A stretch of DNA of 62,438 nt, counting the filler. It is 13 parts of 13 records of this genome, joined end to end, with 100 filler letters (N's around TTAATTAATTAA, not from the genome) between each part and the next. Parts side by side here need not be neighbours in the genome. Positions count along the whole stretch, not along the records: positions 13,006 to 18,402 come from SRR15195285_6887; positions 18,503 to 23,968 come from SRR15195285_6894; 11 more parts are not named here. The stretch is one strand, 5' to 3'. Position numbers and translations under genes: made by a program. Shown in pieces: positions 13,018 to 21,669 of the stretch; position 1 is the first letter of the stretch, and every line of letters starts with the position of its first letter. The notes beneath the pieces were generated by a model. That model had not been told where the DNA came from. It saw only the letters and a program-made list of their open reading frames with translations, and did not search any database.

Positions 13018-13042
13018 CACAGTGCCCAGATTAAAAAAATCG
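13018..13042 (+). mobile_element. Putative DNA-transposon terminus CACAGTGCCCAGATTAAAAAAATCG
   Basis: 12 of 14 bases match the reverse complement of the motif at 18386-18400 and 43104-43118; starts with CACAGTG. Confidence 0.4.
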
Positions 13043-13078
13043 ACTTACTGGTATTTCCGCAAATGCGCGCGGATAGCG

Positions 13079-14710
13079 ATGGCTCGCAGCACCGCTGGGG
13101 GTGGCAAGCGACACTGGGGCCTGACACTCTGTCGGGGACTACGTGTCGTGTGTTTCTTGCTGCAGCTGCAGTGCAGGGCCTGCGATGCCAGCTCATCCGC
13201 GGCGCCAGATGTTCATGGCCACCAAGATCACGTGGAGCGCACGAAGCTACGCGAGACGGCTCGGCAAGCGGCTACTGAACTCGCAGAAACTATGCTGAGC
13301 AGCCATTATTTTGTGAACGATATGTCCAAGGCGCCATGGACGATCGGATACTGGCAGGAAGCGAACCTCTGCGAGACGTTCTCCAACTTCCTCATTGGCA
13401 ACGTAAGTTGCAGTGTCACCTTGGAAAGAAGGATGGTCCAGGCGATGGCACGATCGTTTGAGCACTACCCCGCGCAGTGGCTGATCACCAATGCGCCAGA
13501 GAAAGATTCCTACGACGACCTGCTGTGGTGGGCACTGGCTTATCTCCGGGCGCATGACCTCTGCAACACTCGGCCGGATCTGCTGAACTGTACGTTGAGG
13601 CTCCCGAAGTCGAAACATGAGCCGTGCACCTGCAAGGCTTGTGGCAGCAGTGAGCCTCACAACTTCAGCACCCATGGAAGTCAGTGCTCTCCAGCAACTC
13701 AGAGCTGTGGCGCAACCTCGGGGCCGCCTTCAAAGAGTGCAGGCACCTGCTATACTGATTGCGTTGCGAGCTGCGATTGTGTGGAGCTGTCTTGTCTAGT
13801 AGAGGTGCCAGAAGAGGGGCTAACAACAACGCTCCTCGAGCAGGGGAAGCTAATTTTCGACTTTGCATACAATGAGTCGTGGAACACAGACTATTGCAAG
13901 GGGGGCTTTGCGTGGAGCCGAACCAGTCAGAACTACAAGAACTGCGTCACAAATCAGCTTGGTATCCTGACGGCCAACAAGCTTGGCCGACTGCTCGAAG
14001 CAGCAGGTCGTGGGGCTGAGCCTTGTGCCTGCAAGGCCGCGCAGCCGTACACAGAGATCGGCACTCGCACTGCCGCCTGGTTGGCCGCTACACCGATGCG
14101 GAATGCTTCCTCTAGCCTCTACCACAACGAGTTGAACTGCCCAGCGCATAATGTGAGCGTTGGGCGCGTTACTGTATGCACTGGTACAAACACTCCGGTA
14201 TGGAGCTACTGCCAAGCACTACCAATTGGCTTTGATGTGGAGCTACACCGTCGCACGGGCGACGAAAAGCACTTGGCCGATGCGTTTCGGATTTCGCAAG
14301 CAGTGCAGCAGTACATGACGGTGCCAGCCTCTTGGGCCAATGGCTCAGCAGGTGGCAGGGTACTCATGGAGCTTGCATGTGGAACTGATCCCGTCTGTGG
14401 CTGGTTCACCCCACCCTTGCCAAGCAGTTGCAAATGCGATAACAATGCAATGATATACAAGGGAATCATGGCTCGATACCTAAGCTACCTCCACGGCTAT
14501 TCAAGCCGAACGCACGTGAGCGAGGCAAATGACATTCGTCAGTTTCTCGAGGACAACGCGAACAGTGTGCTCGCAAATAATAGGGCTGCCTTGGAGCACG
14601 AACCGGGTGGATTTGGCCTGCTTTGGCAAGGGCCTGTGTTCGGACTCGTCGACAGCAATGCCGGGAACATCAATCAAGCTGTGCTAGATCTGCTCGTGGC
14701 GGTGGCATAA
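13079..14710 (+). CDS. Secreted glycoside hydrolase family 76 (alpha-1,6-mannanase-like)
   Basis: YWQEAN, catalytic YDD in SYDDLLWWALA, GGFAW..YKNCVTN, WSYCQ, YKGIMARYL; hydrophobic N-terminal segment. Confidence 0.88.
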   Translation: MARSTAGGGKRHWGLTLCRGLRVVCFLLQLQCRACDASSSAAPDVHGHQDHVERTKLRETARQAATELAETMLSSHYFVNDMSKAPWTIGYWQEANLCETFSNFLIGNVSCSVTLERRMVQAMARSFEHYPAQWLITNAPEKDSYDDLLWWALAYLRAHDLCNTRPDLLNCTLRLPKSKHEPCTCKACGSSEPHNFSTHGSQCSPATQSCGATSGPPSKSAGTCYTDCVASCDCVELSCLVEVPEEGLTTTLLEQGKLIFDFAYNESWNTDYCKGGFAWSRTSQNYKNCVTNQLGILTANKLGRLLEAAGRGAEPCACKAAQPYTEIGTRTAAWLAATPMRNASSSLYHNELNCPAHNVSVGRVTVCTGTNTPVWSYCQALPIGFDVELHRRTGDEKHLADAFRISQAVQQYMTVPASWANGSAGGRVLMELACGTDPVCGWFTPPLPSSCKCDNNAMIYKGIMARYLSYLHGYSSRTHVSEANDIRQFLEDNANSVLANNRAALEHEPGGFGLLWQGPVFGLVDSNAGNINQAVLDLLVAVA

Positions 14711-14859
14711 TGACAAGGCCGAAGTACTGGCAATGATTTTGTACAATGTTCGAAAGAGTCTGTGCACCCGTAGCCAGACTACACGTATGCCACAGTGTTT
14801 TTTGTCAGTGGTGTATTTTGCGCCATGCGTATCTCCTGTTCGCTTGAAGCGCGTGCCAC

Positions 14860-15759
14860 CTACCGCTCGGCAAGCCCAGCCACACACATCTCGCTTTCGT
14901 CCGCAACGTGAGACCACTCAACCCACGAACCGTCGTAGTTTCTCAGCTGGGACAATTGCCATCCTGCCATCGTCATGCCAAAAATGAGCTGTGTGGTCCG
15001 AACACCCGACTGGCAGTAGAACGTATGTATATGGGTATCCTTCGGTTTTGTGCCAAGCGAAGCTTCAGCTAGCTCAACAACTCGCGCAGCTGATTCCCAG
15101 CCCCCATCTTCACGCCGGAATAATCCCCAGTCGACCCGTGCACTTGTCCAGGGAATGCGACCTGGTTTTGCTGCACCCCTGAGCTGCGTAGTGCCATCGT
15201 GTTCCTGAATAGACCTCACATCCCAGAGCCGTGGTGCACTCTCAGCACTCAGCTCCAGCACATCACGCCGAGTAGCCAGCATCCGTGCGTCTGGTTCTTG
15301 TGCGACCCAGGTGCCGTGCGGCAGCGCTGGCGGGGTGTCATCGGTGACGGGCTGCCCAGCCGCGAGCCAGGAAGCAAATCCACCATCTAGCAAACGAACA
15401 CCTGTAGTCTTGCCAAAGTAGCAAAAGAGCCACCAGAGGCGGGTGGCGTCGTACTTGCGATCGACCAGGACGACTTCGCTGGCGGTGTCGATCCCCAGGG
15501 ACCGCACGAATGACTGGAACGCACCACGCGTAGGAACGATCCCATCCAATCCCGAGGTCTGGTCCATCGGCTGCTGGTAATCTGGGCGCCAGACGCGCTG
15601 GGAGCTGGGGATGCGACGTGAATCTTGCTCTAGCTCCGTCGGCGAGGCCAGCTCAATCACAATGGGTGGCGCCACGCTGCTTAGCGACGTGGCGAGTTCC
15701 GCCGCGCTGACGAGCAGTGCGTCCCGTAGCTGTGACGACTCCGAGCTCAGAGCAGCCAT
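14860..15759 (-). CDS. Tandem-domain rhodanese / thiosulfate or mercaptopyruvate sulfurtransferase
   Basis: ATRLWWLF, LLDGGFASW, DVRS, GRIP, active-site loop YCQSGVRT and C-terminal YDGSWVEW. Confidence 0.92.
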   Translation of the reverse strand: MAALSSESSQLRDALLVSAAELATSLSSVAPPIVIELASPTELEQDSRRIPSSQRVWRPDYQQPMDQTSGLDGIVPTRGAFQSFVRSLGIDTASEVVLVDRKYDATRLWWLFCYFGKTTGVRLLDGGFASWLAAGQPVTDDTPPALPHGTWVAQEPDARMLATRRDVLELSAESAPRLWDVRSIQEHDGTTQLRGAAKPGRIPWTSARVDWGLFRREDGGWESAARVVELAEASLGTKPKDTHIHTFYCQSGVRTTQLIFGMTMAGWQLSQLRNYDGSWVEWSHVADESEMCVAGLAER

Positions 15760-15970
15760 TTCGCCAGAGTGGTGGCTAACGCGTGTACCGACGCTCGGTA
15801 CCGCGCGCGGGGCGCGCGCGCGCGCGGTACGTATATACTATAATAGTAGCATGTAGATAGATACATGGCGCCGCGCGCACGCGCACATATAGTTCATAGT
15901 GCTATATATATGTGGTCGCCGGTGCGTGGTGCTCACAGATGCAGATTCTCTCATATACCGCGGTATGTTT

Positions 15971-16041
15971 ATCCCAGGCTACCTTTTCAGGTTTTGTTAG
16001 AATGTGGGAAGGGTGAGCTCCAGTTCAGAGAGTTCTTGGAT
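15971..16041 (+). other. Small structured non-coding element (three-way-junction fold)
   Basis: Hand-folded stems: 15971-15978/16035-16041, 15981-15995/15999-16014, 16015-16020/16030-16035; several G-U pairs that work only on the + strand. Confidence 0.35.
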
Positions 16042-16070
16042 CCTATCCCGTATCCTAGATACCGGTAATT

Positions 16071-16383
16071 GCGATTGTAAACCCCGACTAGGGACGCTGG
16101 TGGGCTAGTGGCGGGTGGTTGGCCCGCATAGGGACTCTAGCCACGTCCCACATGTAAACGCTTTAGTGTGACGCAACGCCTTAGATGTTCTTTCCCCTCT
16201 AGCGAGGGGAAAGAACATTGCACATTGCACAACACCAATTTAGCTTCTTGAGGCAAGACTAGTATGGTTCGTATGAAAGGAAAAGTTGAGGAGATAGCAC
16301 TTCGATATTTGGCGACGCTCGCAGGAAGCTCGGGTTGGTAGAAAGATTTACCCCCACTCTCAACATGCACGGCTTGCAATCGC
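16071..16383 (+). ncRNA. Candidate large structured ncRNA or non-autonomous mobile element, family unknown
   Basis: A 10-bp closing helix (16071-16080/16374-16383) encloses at least 5 helical domains, including a perfect 15-bp hairpin at 16185-16218; no credible ORF. Confidence 0.5.
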
Positions 16384-16472
16384 GGGCGGCGCACGGCAGC
16401 GCAGACTCAGTTGTGTTTTTTAACAGGTTCTCACCGTTGTCAGACACAGCCAGAGAGTACAGTTCACCCGTC

Positions 16473-18017
16473 TCACAGCCGCGCGGTCTCTTCCACTTCC
16501 GCTACCTCATAGGCAAACTCTGCTGCGATGTAGTCGCGTACCCTCGTCTGCTCATCCGTCGAGAGCGTAGCCATTGGTTCCGCTGGAGCGTTGAGCGGAT
16601 TCAACGGCGCGCTTTTGTCCCACAGCACGCGCCGCGCGTTGTCCAACATCCTCTGTGTCATGTCATAGCGCGTAGACTCTGTCGCTGAAGCGAGGTGTGG
16701 TAAAAGAAACGCATTCGGACATGTCAAAAGCTTCGGGTGCACGAACGGTTCCTTTTCAAACACATCTACGAGACAATACACAGTTCGTGTCAAACAGTGC
16801 ACACCCGAACAATCCACAGCCACCTTATGGCAAATGTAGATTTGCTAGCAGCCGAAAAAGTCGCAATTACTGTTCAGACAGTGTGTGCTGGCGCGGTGGT
16901 TGCGGGTCTCACCGATTCCAGCGCCAGCGAGGTGGCCAGACAGAAGCGCATCAGCCAGTGCTTCTTCATCCACCAGGCCACCTCTGGCCATGTTCACGAA
17001 GTAGCTGCCTGTTTTCATCTTGGCAAATTGCGGCGCGGACATCAAGCGACGCGTAGATGCAGAGAGACTAGCATGCATCGATACGACGTCCGATGTTGCG
17101 AGCAGCTCGTCAAGGGTCACCCACTGCGGCGGTGGATCGAGCTCAAAGTACGGGGTCGACGCCTCGCCCCCTGCATCAGTGCCACCAGTCGTTCGGTTCG
17201 GCGGCGACTTCACCGGATCGTAGTACACAATGTTCATTTTAAACGCAGCTTGTGCCTTCGCGGCAAAGGTTTGGCCAATGCGCCCGAAACCAATGAGCCC
17301 TAGGGTCTTGCCGCCCGGGTCCTCGCCGATGATCCTGCGCATTGCGTCCCAGTCCCAGCCATTCGGCTGTGAACCGGCAGCGACAGCCTGGCCGACAGGC
17401 GCCTGGCGCATGACGGCCAACATAAGCAGCATCGCCATGTCCGCACACGCATCTCGCAACACCGGAGCGTTAGCGAGGAAAATGCCCGCCTCAGTGACAG
17501 CGGCGACGTCGACCCCGTCGTAGCCCACCCCGTTCACGGAGATGACCTTGACGTTGGGGACGTAGCTCTGAGTAAGGGCAAGACACGGGTTTTTCTCTAA
17601 GAGCAGATGAAGACAGGACAAGCAGGACAAGGCTGGCGTCCGGCGACGATCATGCCAACTGAGGGAGGAGCGCACAAGCAGGCGAGTGTCCACGAGCGAA
17701 TCGCCACCGAGACACAGCATATCGGCCTGCGCTAGCTCGTCTTTGATGGCCTCCAGCTCCTCATCCGTTGTCTCGGAGGAGTACATGAAGCCATGCCTAT
17801 TAGATACAACAGCAGCGCCACGCCGTACTCCAGGCTGTCATTTCTCATTTGCTCTTCATGTTCTGCGGCAGCCCTGACGGAGACGCCACACGATACGAGG
17901 GTGGGACACAACCGCGGCTCACCTTTCGAACTCGCTCGCGTCGACGCCGTCCTGGATATGCGGAGAGGACATCGCCGAGCCGATAATGAAAGCCTGGGCC
18001 TTTTTCTCTGGTGCCAT
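16473..18017 (-). CDS. D-2-hydroxyacid dehydrogenase (glyoxylate/hydroxypyruvate reductase-like), multi-exon
   Basis: GVGYDGVDV, GLIGFGRIG, NMARGGLVDE, DVFEKEP and PHLASAT, spread over ORFs separated by GT-AG introns. Confidence 0.9.
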
Positions 18018-18186
18018 CGTGGTATGCGCTACTACAGAACTCTGGCGCGCAGGGCTACAACTTAGCGACGCGCGCGGAGCCGACCGGCGCGTACCGCGCC
18101 CGCGGCGGCGCGCGTACATGTACGCGCTCGATACTACAGCTGTATCGATATCGATGTGACACGTCGTCGCCGATACGCAATATATT

Positions 18187-18400
18187 GTAGATTATCGCGA
18201 ACTTATGCGGGCACCCTGCCTGGGCACTTCCGTCGTGCGCATGCGTGCGTTTGGTATACTTCCGCCCGTGTCGCAGATTTAGGGCGGACGTAGGAATTGT
18301 CGTCTGCAGACGGAGGAGTCTCCAACCATGATGATTCCAACACGGAGCCTAGCTAGAAGTAGATTATAAGCCCCGGTCGGATCCCTCAACCTGGGCACTG
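18187..18400 (+). mobile_element. Putative end of a non-autonomous element with a structured core
   Basis: Ends in TCAACCTGGGCACTG (identical at 43104-43118); stems 18227-18234/18309-18316 and 18261-18267/18282-18288. Confidence 0.45.
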
Positions 18401-18402
18401 AA

Positions 18403-18502
18403 NNNNNNNNNNNNNNNNNNNNNNNNNNNNNNNNNNNNNNNNNNNNTTAATTAATTAANNNNNNNNNNNNNNNNNNNNNNNNNNNNNNNNNNNNNNNNNN
18501 NN
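18403..18502. other. Artificial contig spacer
   Basis: N44-TTAATTAATTAA-N44. Confidence 0.99.
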
Positions 18503-18740
18503 GCCCGCCTTGCGCTCGTCCACCTGCCACCCTAGCCCCGTGTGCCGCCAGCCCACCACGCACACCTTGCTGCGCGTTGCCGCGCGAGGGAGCAGCACGC
18601 TTTGCGTGTGCTGGACGCCAGCGGTAGGTTCTGCGGGTGCGCGTTGGCAAATGGTGTGCTGTCAGGGTGCCTGCACGACCTGAGCTACAACTTGCCGGTG
18701 ACGTGTGGTCTGAGAGTGCGTCCGCACGCACGCCGCAGTC

Positions 18741-19406
18741 ATGGCAGATGCGCCGAACTGGCGCGACGATGACGCGTTTCGCGGCAGAGGCGGCGGCGGT
18801 GGTGGCGCGGGTCGTGGGGCGGCTCAAGAGTCAGCGCCAGAGTCAGCGCCAGCTGCTGCCACTCCGACCACGGTGCTGCCCTCGGATGCGCGGACAACGC
18901 AGCCGGCGGCGGCGCCAGAGCCAGCCGCTGGGGAAGTCGATGACGCGATGCCGCTGCGCGTCGAGATCCCGCGCTGTGCGCCACAGGAGGATCCGGACAA
19001 CGAGAGCAAGCAGCACACAGTCTATACGATATTCTGCTCCAAGGGCAAGCACGGCTGGATGGTGCAGCGGCGCTACACACAGTTTTGCCAATTGCACGCA
19101 CAGCTCAGCGCCGTTGGGCTGGCGGGGCTCCCCGAGCTACCCCCTAAAAAGCTAGTTGGCAACATGGCAGCTGAGTTCGTCGAGCAGCGGCGGGTGGGAC
19201 TCGAGAGCTACCTCCAACAGGTCTGCACCATGGCTGGAGAGGCGGGTGCGGATGGCAGCACCAAGGCAGTCCTGAAGCCACTGTACACCTTTGTGGGCGC
19301 GGACTGGCTGCTCGATGAGGGGGAAGCGGGGGATGCTCTTGATGGTTGGGTGCGCCAACTGACCTCACCGCACGGTGCCCTGCCTAGCAAGGGAGCCACT
19401 AAATGA
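18741..19406 (+). CDS. PX (phox homology) domain protein
   Basis: HTVYTI..WMVQRRYTQFCQLH..LPELPPKK..FVEQRRVGLESYLQ. The 3' end may be spliced (possible gtgcgc donor near 19350). Confidence 0.85.
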   Translation: MADAPNWRDDDAFRGRGGGGGGAGRGAAQESAPESAPAAATPTTVLPSDARTTQPAAAPEPAAGEVDDAMPLRVEIPRCAPQEDPDNESKQHTVYTIFCSKGKHGWMVQRRYTQFCQLHAQLSAVGLAGLPELPPKKLVGNMAAEFVEQRRVGLESYLQQVCTMAGEAGADGSTKAVLKPLYTFVGADWLLDEGEAGDALDGWVRQLTSPHGALPSKGATK

Positions 19407-19779
19407 TTCTCGCATACCTTGTTAATCCCAGCGGTGCTGCGCAGATGTACCGTACTGGGGTGCCGAAGCGAACCACCGCTCAGTTTGAATCCCGACACGC
19501 AAGTGGAGCTACTGAAGACGAAAGCTGCAGCATCTTGTAATCTGCTGGTGGCTCTGGGATATCTGCGGTACAGATTGTACGTAGGACGTACAGAACTCTA
19601 TCGTTTCATGCATGATCAGCGTTTGAGCAGGGTTCGTCCGTCAACGCATCTCCGTCGGCCAGCCGCGCGCACGTCCAACCGCACCCCGCACACGCCCTCC
19701 CACACGCTGTCAGCCCGCACCATGTCGCCGGCACAGCGCGCGAGAGAGACACACGCTGACACCCTGCCCTGCCCGCAAC

Positions 19780-20980
19780 TTAAGGCAACTGCCGGGAGTG
19801 TGCGCCCGCGTTGGCAGCGAGCATCTCACCTGTCTCTGCGCGAGTGCCGACGACACTGCAGCTTTGGACTGCAGCCAGATGACCAGAACGGCAGGTACAA
19901 CAGGCAGCAAGGTGTGTGAGGCTCATTACGTATATCTACCTGCTGCGAGCATGCTGGGAACACGCGCACTGAAGTCTAGGTCTGGGTACTCCCCGCGGAT
20001 GTAACTGCGGCGTGCAAAGCACCGAGGCTGCGTCACACACCCAACACGTAGCTACCGGCGCCACAGCCAAGCTGAGCAAGCATGCGATTCACAAGCGTAC
20101 TCCGAGCCACGATGCGTTAGTACTGCCTGCTCTGGCGCGTGCCCACCGTGACGTGACGAGTCGCCATAGCTATGTCCACAACCAAAATTCGCGTCAGATA
20201 TGCAACTGCACCATCACAGGTGCGACATGGTTGTGGCGAACAGCCGCGCACCCTTTGTACCATGCATCGACAGCATCCATCCCCTCGACGACCTGTGCTA
20301 TAGGAGTTTCCCAATGTGCTTTACCGAGGTATTTGCTGTCGCGTAAAGACACGAAGAGCTGTGTGGTCCTCGAGTCAGTGCCACCGCCCGCAAACGAGAT
20401 CATCCCACGTTTCAAAAAGCCACCATTGGCAGTTACGTGAGGATCGTCCGCAATCGCCCCGCGTTGTTTCCACTGCCCACAAAACCGCCCACAGTGCAGC
20501 AATGCGCCACGGCGATGTTGCGACAACGACAGCGATGGTTTAGAGTCATGAAAATGCGAGACCGCGTTGTTGTCAATGGTAACGCGAGACTGAAAAACGA
20601 ACCTGCGCATTGATCTCTGGTGTGGCACCAATGCCAAACTGGCAGATGAAACCTTTTATGCAGCGAAATCTGCAAAACGGTGCGAAATGGCTGAGGGTTG
20701 AGGAGGAGCTGGAGAGCCGCGCGGATGCAGTGGGCCCGAGGACTGGCGTAACTCACAGCGCCACGTCCGCAAAGAAGTTGCTGGATACTAGCTCAAGGAA
20801 TCTTTCGGCACCAAGCGGAGCCCAAGCGGGGTGTACCTCTAGCTTTATGGTACCCTTTGTCGTGGTGCAGCTCACTAGGCTTGTGTCGGGCAGGCCTGGT
20901 GCTGGCGGGCTGATTACGATGGACGGCAGCACGAGCAGCAGCGACAGCACCACCGACAGCAGCCAGTGTGGATGTCGCAT
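19780..20980 (-). CDS. Cyclophilin-type peptidyl-prolyl isomerase with signal peptide, multi-exon
   Basis: TTKGTIKLEVHPAWAPLGAERFLELV, RGMISFAGGGTDSRTTQLF, QVVEGMDAVD and YIRGEYPDLDF on short exons; 3' end approximate. Confidence 0.82.
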
Positions 20981-21472
20981 GCTGCCAGTGCTGCTGGCAC
21001 CCCACCGCTGCACACAGCTCCAGTCGGAGCCGCCAGCGGCACGTATGCAGACGAGTGGCTGGGCCTATCGCGCCGCAGCTGAAGGGTCGGCCCGTCGCGA
21101 GCTGGCGAGGATCGATCGGGCTGCTCGGCCGGATCGTGCCGTGCCGCGGAGGGCGCCGTGCGCGCGGCGGGTGCGGCTGAGTACTCGACCGTGTTGGGTG
21201 TACTCTGTACAGTACACCCCACGGGGGTACGAAGTTCGTACTGTACTATCAAATATCAATGCCAATCATGAATCAGGCCCAGTGGGAATGATTCTTAAAA
21301 TAAGTATTAACATTCCCGGATAGCCGGTACACGCGGAATCCATGGACAGCGTGCAGTCTGCACAGTCGACAGTACAGTACTGCGGAGTAGGAATTCCTAC
21401 TATTCATAGTACCGGGCAGGATTGAGGATAACTTATTGCACAGGTCGCAGCCACACCCACAGGGTACGGTTG

Positions 21473-21557
21473 CTGGACGTGGCGAGCGGGTTACTATCCC
21501 TAGCCCGAGTGCCGGGCACTATCCCGAGTACTGCCACTGTACTGGACGTGGCGAGCG
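21473..21557. repeat. 16-bp direct repeat CTGGACGTGGCGAGCG (two copies)
   Basis: Exact copies at 21473-21488 and 21542-21557; ACTATCCC also occurs twice between them. Confidence 0.8.
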
Positions 21558-21669
21558 TCCGCTCCAGCACCCCGTTGCCCAAACGCCAGACACGTTACGC
21601 GTGCTCGGCCGAACTGATCGCTGGTGAGGCAGACCGAGAGCCCGCAGCTCTGTCCGCTCGACGCGCAGC

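Noticed and set aside
16050-16393. Helitron assignment based on CTAG at 16055-16058
   Set aside because: No 5' TC end, no A-T insertion context, and no short subterminal hairpin at the expected distance.
16061-16421. Assignment as SRP RNA, RNase P/MRP, telomerase RNA, group I/II intron or hammerhead ribozyme
   Set aside because: Only fragments match (TGTAA, AATTGCG, AGACTA). There is no SRP helix-8 motif, P4 pseudoknot pair, 1.5x telomere template, P7 partner, domain V or CUGAUGA core. It still needs cmscan.
16137-16447. Short ORFs over the structured element
   Set aside because: No recognisable domain, and they are better explained as chance frames in non-coding DNA.
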